From Polyangiales bacterium (lineage in GTDB: Bacteria; Myxococcota_A; Polyangia; Polyangiales; Polyangiaceae): a stretch of 64,000 nt of DNA. The position numbers and the translations under genes were made by a program. Position 1 is the first letter of the stretch. Every line of letters starts with the position of its first letter. The stretch spans positions 163,737 through 227,736 of the forward strand of contig JBBRLQ010000013.1 in the NCBI GenBank assembly GCA_038231275.1, in the 5' to 3' direction. Below the pieces are notes generated by a model. That model saw only the letters and a program-made list of their open reading frames with translations. It ran no database searches and was not told the origin of the DNA. Positions 37,237 through 47,300 of the stretch are shown in pieces.

Positions 37237-38166
37237 TCAGCGCTCCGCGCCGACCTGATTGCCGCCGGCGATCTTCGCGCGGTAGAGACTCTTCTCCGCG
37301 AGGTCGAGAAGATCGTCCGCCGTCGTCCCCGGTTGGCTCGTCGCGAGCCCCACGCTCACCGTCGCCCTGGCGCTCGGCGTCTGCACCGGAGAGAGCGTCG
37401 ACGACTCGATGGCCTTGCAGAGCATCGCGCCGCCCACGCGGACGTCATCGTTGGCGGTCTCCGGTAGCGCGAGCACGAACTGATCTTCGCCGAAACGACC
37501 GAAGAACACTTCCTCTCGTGCGAAGAGATCCTGCGCCACCCGCGACGCCTTCCGTAGCGCGCTGATCGCGATGCCGCGCCCTGCGCTGTCGACCAATCCC
37601 TTGAACGAGTCGATCGAGCAAAGGAGAATGGAGACCGGCATTCCGTACCGACTCGCCAGCGCGAGCTCGCGCTCCAGCATCTCGCGAAAGTAGCGACGCG
37701 TCGGCAGCTTCGTCTCGTCGTCGATCGTCGCCGAGTGGAGGAGGTTCTGACGAACCGTCTCGTCGATGTCGTCCATGTGCAAGAGCGCGACCCCGGCGTC
37801 GCCGATCTCGATGCGGTCGCCGTCGCGCAGGAGCTGCTTCTTCACGCGCGCGCCCGCGTGGATGAGCCCGTTCGCCGAGCCAACGTCCATGATGACCACG
37901 TCGCCCGTGCCATCGACGCGGACGGTCGCATGATGGCGAGAGACCCCCTCCTCCTCGAGGACGATGTCGCACGCGACAGCGCGGCCGATCGTCATCTCGC
38001 CGTCGACGAGGCGGAAGATGCGCCCGACGGAGCGGTTTCCGCCGACGACCACGAGGCAGGCCCGCCTGCGCTGAATCGGCCGAAATGTCAGCAGATCCCG
38101 CAAGACGGTCTGCTTCGATGCGTCCTCGTCCTCCGCGTAGTCGATTCTCGGGATCCCGTCGCCCAT
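37237..38166 (-). CDS. FHA + degenerate GGDEF domain protein
   Basis: FHA motifs IGR..SRHHA..GSANG; GGDEF fold with RFGEDQF and SIDSFK; LYRAK..GGN. Confidence 0.82.
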   Translation of the reverse strand: MGDGIPRIDYAEDEDASKQTVLRDLLTFRPIQRRRACLVVVGGNRSVGRIFRLVDGEMTIGRAVACDIVLEEEGVSRHHATVRVDGTGDVVIMDVGSANGLIHAGARVKKQLLRDGDRIEIGDAGVALLHMDDIDETVRQNLLHSATIDDETKLPTRRYFREMLERELALASRYGMPVSILLCSIDSFKGLVDSAGRGIAISALRKASRVAQDLFAREEVFFGRFGEDQFVLALPETANDDVRVGGAMLCKAIESSTLSPVQTPSARATVSVGLATSQPGTTADDLLDLAEKSLYRAKIAGGNQVGAER

Positions 38167-38356
38167 TTCGCTGAAAGGGTATCGCAGGGCCCGTGGCGCG
38201 TCCAACACCCTGCAGAGCAGGTGGCCGCACATCCCCCCACGAGATCGCGCAGGCATCGTGCTCGAGAGAGCAGGGGCGCTTCCGTTTCAGCGCGCGGCAT
38301 GGAAAGATAGAAGCAGGATGGATTGGCGCAGTTCGCCGACCACCCCGAGAGCTGGA

Positions 38357-40219
38357 ATGGGAGAGTCGTCGTTCGGGAAATATCGTCTGATCGCCGAGCT
38401 CGGGCACGGCGGAATGGCCGACGTGTTCCTCGCGGTGGTCGCGGGCCCCGTCGGCTCGGGCTTCAGCAAACTGACCGTCATCAAGCGCTTGCGGCAGAAC
38501 CTCGCCGAGGAGCCGGAGTTCGTCGCGATGCTCGTCGACGAGGCGCGCATCGCTGCGCGCCTCAATCACCCGAACGTCGTTCAGACGAACGAGGTCGGGC
38601 AGGTAGGGAGCCAGTACTTCCTCGCGATGGAGTACCTCGACGGCCAGCCGCTGCATCGGATCCAGCACCGCGCGACGCTCGCGAAGAAGGATCCGAACGC
38701 AGGCGCTGCTAACGCAGGCGCTGCTGGAGACGCGGGGCCAACCAGCGGACGCGCACCTGCCGCCGGCGCGCTCGGCACCACGCCGGTGCCGCCCGGGGTT
38801 CAGAGCACCTCGATGCCCGCGGGCGATCCGTTCCCGCAGGACCTAATGTACCTCGTGTTGCTCGACGCGCTTGCGGGGCTCCACCACGCACACGAGCTCT
38901 CTGACTACGACGGAACACCGCTCAAGATCGTCCACCGTGACGTGACCCCGCACAACATCTTCGTGACCTACGAAGGGCAGGTCAAAGTCGTGGACTTCGG
39001 CATCGCGAAGGCCGTCGGCCGCGCCTCCGAAACGCGACAGGGCGTCGTCAAAGGCAAGGTGCGCTACATGGCGCCCGAGCAGGCGATCGGGCAAGTCGTC
39101 GACTGCCGCGCGGACGTCTTCTCGGTCGGCGTGATGCTCTGGGAGGCGGCCACCGGTCGCAGGCTCTGGAAGGACATGGACGACCTGCAGATCGTCCAGG
39201 CTCTCGTGATGGGGGAGGTGGCGTCCTCACCTCGTTCGATCGATCCAACCGTCCCCGAAGCGATCGACGCCATCTGCGTGAAGGCGCTCGCGACGCGCGC
39301 GCAAGATCGCTATGCGAGCGCAGAGGCGATGCGGCTCGACCTCGAGCAGTACATGGCGGAGTCCGGCAAGCTCGTCGAAGCGCGGCGCAAGCTCGGTCCC
39401 GCCGCGGCGCAGTTGTTCCAGGACAAGCGCAGCGAAATCCGCAACGTCATCGAGAAGCAACTCGCGGCGCTGAAGACGAAGCCGGGGAACGATTTCTCCA
39501 CGATCGCTATCCCCGACGCGTCGATGTCGAACCCGACGTCGTCCTCGACGGGAACGCTCAGCGTCAGCGTCGGCCCGGAAGATGGCACCGCGAGCCTCTT
39601 GACCGACGCGGCGAAGACGGAACTCTACTCGCCGCGGCCGAAGAAGGACGGCGCGCGGTTCAAGCGACTCGCGATCGTCGCCGCCGCAGGGCTAGGCGTG
39701 ATCGCGGTGACCGTAGCGGCCGTCGCGATGGGTACGAATCGAGGTAAGACGCCGGTGGCAACCGCGGCCGAAGAGCCGCCGAAACAGAACGACGTCACCA
39801 TCAAACTCTCGACGACACCGGAGACGGCACAGGTCAGCATCGATGGTCAGCCAGTTTCCCCGCCGTACGAGCTGAAGAAGGCGCGCGACGCGACGGAGCA
39901 CACGATTCGGATTGAGGCCGCAGGGTACGAGCCGCAGACGCAGAAGGTGCAGTTCACCACGGACATGGCCCTCGTGTTCACCCTGGCGAAGAACGTGGTA
40001 GCGGCGCAGGCGCCGACCGGGCAGAGCGTGGCAATCAAGAGGCCGGCGCCCCCGCCGCGCTGGCAGCCGCCGCCTGCGCCGCCGAAGCCCAACCCGGTGC
40101 CGGTCCCGGATCCGTCGCCGCCGAGTGCTCCTCCGACGAGCAACACCAACGGTGGGCTCCCGACCCCGACGCCGAAGCCAAGGCCGAACATCGATCAGGG
40201 CGATCCCTGGAACAAGTGA
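38357..40219 (+). CDS. Hanks-type Ser/Thr kinase with TM helix, PEGA-like domain and Pro-rich tail
   Basis: GHGGMADVF, HRDVTPHN, DFG, YMAPEQ; AQVSIDGQ..IEAAGYEP. Confidence 0.92.
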   Translation: MGESSFGKYRLIAELGHGGMADVFLAVVAGPVGSGFSKLTVIKRLRQNLAEEPEFVAMLVDEARIAARLNHPNVVQTNEVGQVGSQYFLAMEYLDGQPLHRIQHRATLAKKDPNAGAANAGAAGDAGPTSGRAPAAGALGTTPVPPGVQSTSMPAGDPFPQDLMYLVLLDALAGLHHAHELSDYDGTPLKIVHRDVTPHNIFVTYEGQVKVVDFGIAKAVGRASETRQGVVKGKVRYMAPEQAIGQVVDCRADVFSVGVMLWEAATGRRLWKDMDDLQIVQALVMGEVASSPRSIDPTVPEAIDAICVKALATRAQDRYASAEAMRLDLEQYMAESGKLVEARRKLGPAAAQLFQDKRSEIRNVIEKQLAALKTKPGNDFSTIAIPDASMSNPTSSSTGTLSVSVGPEDGTASLLTDAAKTELYSPRPKKDGARFKRLAIVAAAGLGVIAVTVAAVAMGTNRGKTPVATAAEEPPKQNDVTIKLSTTPETAQVSIDGQPVSPPYELKKARDATEHTIRIEAAGYEPQTQKVQFTTDMALVFTLAKNVVAAQAPTGQSVAIKRPAPPPRWQPPPAPPKPNPVPVPDPSPPSAPPTSNTNGGLPTPTPKPRPNIDQGDPWNK

Positions 40220-40709
40220 AGTGGGCTGCGAGCCCCCCGTGCCTCTTGTCGCAAGAGATGCTCACTCCGCGGTTGTCGTCGCCGAGGCTCCGGCCCAAAG
40301 GCCAGCGCGGTGTTCGAAAGACACGGTCATGGCTGCTTATGGAGGTCGTTTCCCACTAAGCCTCCGGGTATCAGCTCAACCACCTTTGGTTCGCGCCAGG
40401 TCTCGAGGCAACGGTGTGGTCTTCCGACTCGGCCTCGCGGCCCTTTTGCCAGATAGCCACTGCTTCGAGGGGTTTTGGGGCTTTCGCGCTGTCCCCTCAC
40501 TTTTCCGTAGCCAGGGGTGAAGCGCGGCGCACGGCATCCTGCCGGTCTTCGCTCGGTCTCGAGGTCGGGACAAGCACGCTCATATTACCCTACAATCAGC
40601 GCGGTGATTCTCGCAGAGGGCGCTGTATCTCTTGCTTGCCTTCAAGGCTTGGCGGTATCGTTTTCCTTGAAACCGCTTACGTAGTCGGCACCCGAGTCCA
40701 GGACCCCCA

Positions 40710-41744
40710 ATGCACACGACGCGAGCCTCCGCCAAGACCGTCATCTGCGCAGCGGCCTTCGCGGGCTGCAGTGCATTCCTCATCGCGCCCCTTGCACATG
40801 CCCAGGCCCGCGCGGCGGCGACGGCTCCCGAGCCCCCGGGCACCGATGTGGAGCGGGCTCGGGTGCACTATGACCGAGGCATCCAGCTGTATAACGAAGA
40901 AAACTACGACGCTGCACTCTATGAGTTCGAGCGCGCGTACGAGCTCGCGCCCAGCTTCAAGATTCTCTACAATATGGCGCGGATTCAGCGACAACAGAAC
41001 AACTATGCCGCGTCGTTGCTGAACTTCCGGCGTTACCTGAACGAGGGTGCCGCCAACGTGCCCGAAGACCGGAGGAAGGAGGTCGAAAGGGATATCGAGC
41101 TCCTCAAGCCTCGCGTCGCCACCATCGACATCAAGGTCAACGTCGACGGTGCGGACATCTACTTGGACGACTCACCGGTCTGTACTGGCGTTCAAACAGG
41201 GTGCGTCGGGAAGTCTCCGCTCCCAGGGCCGGTCACCGTAAATCCAGGGCGCCGGCGAATCACGGCGCAAAAGACTGGCTTCCAGCCTGCGTCGACCACC
41301 ATACGTGTTGTTGGCTCCGACGCCGTCTCGGCGAAGATCGACATGGTGGAAAACGGCAAGACGATCATCCGAACGGGTACGGATTGGCGCCCCGTAGTCG
41401 CCTGGACCGTTACTGGTGCGCTCGCAATCAGTACTGGCGTAACTGGCTATTTGGCGCTCAAAGCATCGAGTGATTTGAAGGATCTCGAAAAAGTGCGAAA
41501 TACGGACCAAGGCGGGACACTTCGACAGCAGCTAGATGATCAACACACGAAACTGAAGACGTTCGCCGTCGTCAGCGACGTGTTGCTGGCCTGTACGATC
41601 GTGGCCGGAGGAGTGTCGGCTTACCTGACCTGGTTCATGCCCAAAGAAGGAGGAGCCAAGGACGAGACCAAGCCCGCGCCGCGCGCAGCCGCTGTCGATT
41701 TCGCAATTACGCCGGCAGGCGGAGCCGTGTTCGGCAGATTCTGA
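40710..41744 (+). CDS. Secreted TPR-PEGA protein (copy 1)
   Basis: AHA-Q signal, ARVHYDRG..Y..A..EFERAY TPR, VNVDGADIYLD PEGA, hydrophobic hairpin, terminal GGAVFGRF. Confidence 0.8.
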   Translation: MHTTRASAKTVICAAAFAGCSAFLIAPLAHAQARAAATAPEPPGTDVERARVHYDRGIQLYNEENYDAALYEFERAYELAPSFKILYNMARIQRQQNNYAASLLNFRRYLNEGAANVPEDRRKEVERDIELLKPRVATIDIKVNVDGADIYLDDSPVCTGVQTGCVGKSPLPGPVTVNPGRRRITAQKTGFQPASTTIRVVGSDAVSAKIDMVENGKTIIRTGTDWRPVVAWTVTGALAISTGVTGYLALKASSDLKDLEKVRNTDQGGTLRQQLDDQHTKLKTFAVVSDVLLACTIVAGGVSAYLTWFMPKEGGAKDETKPAPRAAAVDFAITPAGGAVFGRF

Positions 41745-41789
41745 AACGATCGGGATGCCCAGCTTGTCGCTTGGGTGGCTCCGCGGCTT

Positions 41790-42070
41790 GCTGTGAGTCT
41801 TGGGGCGCGTTGGGCTCCGGTGCGCTACGAGGTCCTCCTCGTGCAGCACGCCGTAGAAGCTCGACTCGGAGCCCACGTACAACGCCGGCGTCGGCGAGGC
41901 GCGTAACGAGACGGTGCACCGAGATAATTTGGGTACTCCGGCGCCATCGCGAGCTCGGCGATGCGCGCGCGTCGGCCGCCGAGAGCGCCTGCGCGAGGGT
42001 CGTCTTCGGGCCCGCGCGCAGATCGCAGCCCTCAGGTCGCGCGGCCCAGCTCGCGACGTGCGAGCATCAC
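41790..42070 (-). pseudogene. Degraded IS3-family transposase remnant
   Basis: Fragments in shifting frames: RAGPKTTLAQALSAA, RLADAG, YVGSESSFYGVLHEEDLVAHR. Confidence 0.6.
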
Positions 42071-42341
42071 TCTAGGTTTCCGGGCTCGTTGTCGTCGTCC
42101 GCGTCCCCCAACAACAGCGCGTGGATTTTTTTGGTGTCCACGCCCCGTGCACGGTCACCGCACTAAGCGGAGATGTGGGTTTCGGCATCGGAAACGCCCG
42201 CCCTCGCGGTTAGGTTACATACGGCTACATGGCTCGACATTGGAGTCCGTTTCTGACGCTAGGGAGACCAATCTGTGGAACGGAACTGGCGATTGAATGT
42301 AACCTGGGATTGGCCGTCTGCGGAATGAAGGGACTGTGATC

Positions 42342-42917
42342 ATGAACCTCGTTGCTCGCGGTACTGCAATCGGTGGCATTCTCCTCGTCGGCGCGCTGGG
42401 CCTTGCATGCGCCAAGGCCGAGAAGGCCAAGGCCGAGAAGAGCGAGGCGCCCGCGCCCACGTCGGCGCCGTCAGTGGCTCCGATTGAACCCCCGGCGACT
42501 GCCGCCGCCGACCCGGCGACATCCAGGTCCGCCGCGCCTGGCCCCGTCGCGGCCGCGGTCGTCGCACCGCCGGCCAGCGCGGCGGCGCCGTCTGACCCTC
42601 CGGCAAAGAAGCCCACGCCGCTTCCGCCGTCCCCGAATGCAAAGGGTGCTGTCGCCAGCCTCACGCCCAAGGCGGCCACGCAGCCGAAGCCGGTCGCTGC
42701 GGCGCCGGCGCCGAAGGCAGTTGCGATGGCGGCTGTCGCGAAGCCGCCGGCGCCGCCGCCCGCGCCGATCGTGAAGGCGGCGGACTCGGACTACATCCCG
42801 CCGACGCCGGAGAAGCCGAAGGCTCCCCCGATGCCGGACGACAAACCGTACGGAGACCGGCCGAAGCCCACGGGCACCGCGGCCAAGCCGATGAGCGACG
42901 ACAAGCCCTACCAGTAA
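42342..42917 (+). CDS. Pro/Ala-rich lipoprotein ending in a repeated DDKPY peptide
   Basis: LGLAC lipobox, no globular domain, PMPDDKPY...PMSDDKPYQ. Confidence 0.7.
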   Translation: MNLVARGTAIGGILLVGALGLACAKAEKAKAEKSEAPAPTSAPSVAPIEPPATAAADPATSRSAAPGPVAAAVVAPPASAAAPSDPPAKKPTPLPPSPNAKGAVASLTPKAATQPKPVAAAPAPKAVAMAAVAKPPAPPPAPIVKAADSDYIPPTPEKPKAPPMPDDKPYGDRPKPTGTAAKPMSDDKPYQ

Positions 42918-43026
42918 CGCACGGCCTGCCGGGTCGGGGTCCCGCTGCCGGACGCCGGGCCGCGGCGGGCTAAGCGCGATCAGCTCTCGCCGTCACGACT
43001 GCGCTCGCCGGACGGCTACGGTACAT

Positions 43027-44382
43027 CTACGAGATTGCCTCGCCCGCGAGGGCGTGTGTACGCGTTTCGCGAATGAAGAAGAATCCGACGACAACCGTCG
43101 TCACACAGATACATATCGGATAAATCAGCCCCACGAAGATCGCGTCCGCGCCAAAATTTGCTCTCGCCCAAGCAGATGCACTAAGCGCAGTCGCTACCAA
43201 CGGCAAGAAGCCTCCAATCCAACCATTGGCGATGTGGTACGGCAGCGCGAGTGAGGTGCAACGAATCCTCGTGGGGAACATTTCGACGAGAAAGGCTGCC
43301 ATCGGGCCATAGGCCATGCAGACATACATTATCTGTATGGAACAGATCATCACCATTGGCCAGAACTGGAATGGGCTCGAGAAATATTTCAGCCCTCTGT
43401 AGATGGGAAGGTACGTAATCGCCGCGAGGGCGCATGCGGACAGCATGACCGCCTTCCTGCCGATCCGATCGCTCAGCCAGCCAAAAAATATGAACAAGGG
43501 AGATGTAATGACGACTGCCATCGAGACAATGGAGTAACTTGTTTTCCAATCCATCTTGAGCGTGGCCTGAAGGAACGTCAGCGCATAAAACTGGCTCGTA
43601 TATCCAATCACCGCCTGCCCGGCGCACGCGCCAAAAAGCGCGAGGATCATGTATTTGAGGTTGGGCCAGCTCGTCAGAGTTTCCCTCAAAGGGTGGACAG
43701 ACAGGGCATCACTCCTCTTGAGTTTCTCAAAGATCGGCGACTCGCGCATGCGCGCTCGTATATAGAGCGAAATCGCGAGGATGGGAAACGACAGCAAAAA
43801 CGGTATCCGCCAGCCCCACGCCCTGAACGCAACTTCACCTGCCCACACGCGGGTCAGCGCGATCGCTCCCATGCTCATCAAGAAACCCAACGTCGCGGTG
43901 CTCTGAAGGTAGCTCGTGAAGTATCCGCGCTTCGCGTCCGGAACGTGCTCAGCGAGGTAGGTTGCTGCGCCACCATACTCGCCGCCCAAGGCGAGCCCCT
44001 GCAACAGCCGCAGTAGCACGAGTGCACAGGTCGCAACGATTCCCCATTTCTCGTATGTCGGCAGCAGGCCGATGAACGACGTCCCAAGCCCCATCGCGGA
44101 CATGGTCACGAGGAAGGTGTACTTACGTCCGACGCGGTCGCCAACATGGCCGAAGACGAGTGCACCCAAAGGGCGCACGGCGAAGCCCGCACCGAACGTG
44201 GCGAGACTGGACAGGAGCTGCGCCGTTTCGTTGTTGCTCGGGAAGAAAAGCCTGCCGAAGAAGACGGCGAGACTCCCGTAGAGATAGAAGTCATACCACT
44301 CGAAGAGAGTTCCAAGAGAAGCCGCGAGGATGACACGGCGAATCGTTCGGTCGTCTGCCAGCGGCGCGCTACTCACGCTCAC
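43027..44382 (-). CDS. MFS transporter, metabolite:H+ symporter (MHS) family
   Basis: GTLFEWYDF, RPLG...GDRVGRK, QGLALGGEYGGA, WGWRIPF, EMFPTRIR. GTGA overlap with the PKS stop. Confidence 0.9.
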   Translation of the reverse strand: MSVSSAPLADDRTIRRVILAASLGTLFEWYDFYLYGSLAVFFGRLFFPSNNETAQLLSSLATFGAGFAVRPLGALVFGHVGDRVGRKYTFLVTMSAMGLGTSFIGLLPTYEKWGIVATCALVLLRLLQGLALGGEYGGAATYLAEHVPDAKRGYFTSYLQSTATLGFLMSMGAIALTRVWAGEVAFRAWGWRIPFLLSFPILAISLYIRARMRESPIFEKLKRSDALSVHPLRETLTSWPNLKYMILALFGACAGQAVIGYTSQFYALTFLQATLKMDWKTSYSIVSMAVVITSPLFIFFGWLSDRIGRKAVMLSACALAAITYLPIYRGLKYFSSPFQFWPMVMICSIQIMYVCMAYGPMAAFLVEMFPTRIRCTSLALPYHIANGWIGGFLPLVATALSASAWARANFGADAIFVGLIYPICICVTTVVVGFFFIRETRTHALAGEAIS

Positions 44383-47300
44383 TTGGGCCCCGTGTGGGAT
44401 TTGTGCAAAGCGGTGCCTCGCGTGGGCCCGGCGGCGTCGGTGCCGGAACGCAATCCGTTCGCCACTTCGTCCATCTCTGCGAGCAGTTCGGCAAGTTTCG
44501 GCGCGAACAAGCGCACGTTCTTTGGAGCAAACTGCGCCAAGTGGGAAGCGAAGTCCGCGCGGATGCTCAGAGTTCCGGCCGCTTCATCTTCTGTCGGGTC
44601 TACCGGAAATTCGAACGAGCGGAGTGGTTGCTCGAAATAGTTGCTCCAATCCCTCAGCCGCCGGTCTCCGGCCACGTTTATTTGAAAACCGGGCACCTGG
44701 CTACGTGGTGCCATGTACTCGCGCCCCATGGCCAAAAAGTCTCTCATGTCACGCAGTGTTGCGACTGCTTCCATCGGCGTGCTCGGCAGCATGAGCGAAC
44801 GCCTGGCGTGAGGAGGGAACTGGCCTAGGAACCACCCAGCTGCGTCGCTGAGGCTTGCTCGCCGAAGGTCAGCAGGGATTTGGACCTCCGGTAGGACGAC
44901 CTGCGCCAATTCGATAATGTCGTTGGCGCGGACGATGCCGGAGGTGCGACGTAACGCGACCAGGAGTCGCTCGAGGGGAAGCTTGTCGGACCAGGGCAGG
45001 AGTGCGTTTCTCTCAGCGCCGTCCAGAGGCACTGCACCGCGCGCATAAGTGTCGATGAGGATGACACCGAGCACGCTCTCTCCTTCATCGTGGAGCTGCT
45101 TCGCCAGCTCGAAGGCCAGGACGCCTCCGTAGGACCACCCGCCGAGGACGTACGGCCCCTTCGGCTGCACCCTGCGCAACGTGTCGGCGAGGGCGCTCGC
45201 GTATTCGGACAGATTCCGCCGAAGAGGCACCTTGTTAACGATGGTCAGTTTTCTGTCGGCGAGTCCTTCGCGCAACGCCAGGTATGGCCAACCATAGCCA
45301 CCAATGCCGTGGATGAGCGTCAGTGGTACCTTAGAGTCGACCCCTGGAAACGTATCTATGTTGGGTGGTGGTGGCGGGAGAACTGACGCGGTCGTTGCCG
45401 GGTTGGCGTGAACGATATCGGTCAACGACTCGTCCAGATATTCCGCGAGAGCGTCCACCGACGGGTATTTGAAAACTAGTGTGCTTGGCAACACGCGCCC
45501 GTCCAGCGCGGTGCTGAGCTTGTTTCTTAATTCCATCGTCATCAGTGAGTCGAGCCCAAGCTCAACGAGCGGGCGGTCATCGGCGATGTCCGCGGCGCTT
45601 CGGCCCGTGACGTCTGCGGCAAGCTGGCGAATAGACCCCCTGAGTTCTTGCCTACGAGCGCTTGCGGGAAGCTGAGCGAGCCGCTGCTTGAGTTTACCCG
45701 AGCGACCTGCCTCGGTGGATGGCAGTCGCTGCTGGTCGACGTGCTTCGCGAGCCAGGATGGAACGTACGCGGAGTCACTGGCATAGGAGGACCAGCTGCC
45801 TGCCGTCACGATCACATGCGACTGAACCGAGCCTGACGCGGCGAGCTCGCCCAGCGCGGTGAGGCCTTCCTTCGGTTCGATGAGTGCGCGCCGGTACGTC
45901 CCAACGATTCGTGTCGTCATGCCTACCTTTGCCCAGCCGCCCCAACCTACGCTCAGCGCGGGTTGTCCTGCCGCGCGGCGGTGGCTCGCCAGCGCGTCCA
46001 GGAAGGCGTTGGCAGACGCATAGTTGGCCTGGCCAGGCGTGCCGACTGTCGCCATCACCGACGAAAATAGCACGAAGAAATCCAGGGAGTCCGTGCTGGT
46101 CTGCACGTGGAGGTTCCAGGCGCCGGCCACTTTCGGGGACATGACTTCCTCGAAGTTCGCCACCGACTCCTGAATGATCGCGCGATCAGAGAGGTGTCCT
46201 GCGGCGTGCAGCACCCCTCCAAGGGCCGGAAGGGATGCGCGTGCGTCCTCGAGTATGCGGACAAGGTCTTCTGCTCGGGACACATCCCCCTGTCCGACGA
46301 AGACCTTGACGCCCTGGTCCTCCATCCACTTGAGCGTTTCTTCGGACTCCTCAGTCTTACCGCGCCGGCCTACGAGCACCAGCGCCCTCGCTCCGCGCTC
46401 GACGAGCCAGCGCGCAGCCGCGAGGCCGACCCCAGAGAACCCGCCAGTCACCAGGTAGCTTGCGTTGGGCCGGACGATCACCCCGCCCGCGCCGCCCGCT
46501 GCTTCGGCAACGTCGTACCGCGATAGTCGCAACACGAAGCGCTTGCCGCCACGGTAGGCGATCTGGTCTTCTCGTTGCGCGGCGGCGACCGGAGTGCCAA
46601 GTTCGCGGACGAGCATGCTTGCGAGATGGGCAGCATGCTCGGCCGGATCGAGATCCACCAAGACCGCTCTCAACTCAGGATTTTCCCGAGCAACCACGCG
46701 ACCAAAACCCCAAATTGGGGACTGGGCGAGAGAGAGGGCCGCGGGCGCGCCAACTGCTTGGGCGCCGCGAGTCACCAACCACAGCTGTGGTGCTTGGTTG
46801 GCGCTCCTCAGAAGTGCTTGAACCAAGAGTAAGGCGCCGCGGCAGCTCGCAACAAGCTGCTTTATCCAGGCGCCCGGGATCGAAGCGTCGAACGAACCCT
46901 CCGTGGGCCACAAATTGATGACATGGCTTGGCGCTCCTCCAGCTTCCAATTGTTTCAGGAGCACCGTGAGGTCTTCGGGCCGACAAGGATCGACCCTGTA
47001 TTGGTCAGTACCGGCGGCTGCAAAACCATCCCCTCTGTGGACGAGAACACAGTGGTGGCCCAAGTCTCTCAGCAGCCGTGCCAAAACCTCGCCGACCTCG
47101 CCGTCGGTGAGGATCAGGAACCGGCCTGCGGCCAGCGCATTCGCCGCGTCGAGCGGCTGCTCTTGCCACTCGCTTCGCCAAGCCCAACGCCGCCAGCCGC
47201 GGTCTCCCAACAGGGCGGCGCGCGCGACCGCTCCGCGTACAAATCCCTCGACCTCGACGAGGACACGCCCGTCGAGGTCGAGCAGTTTGAAATCACTGGT

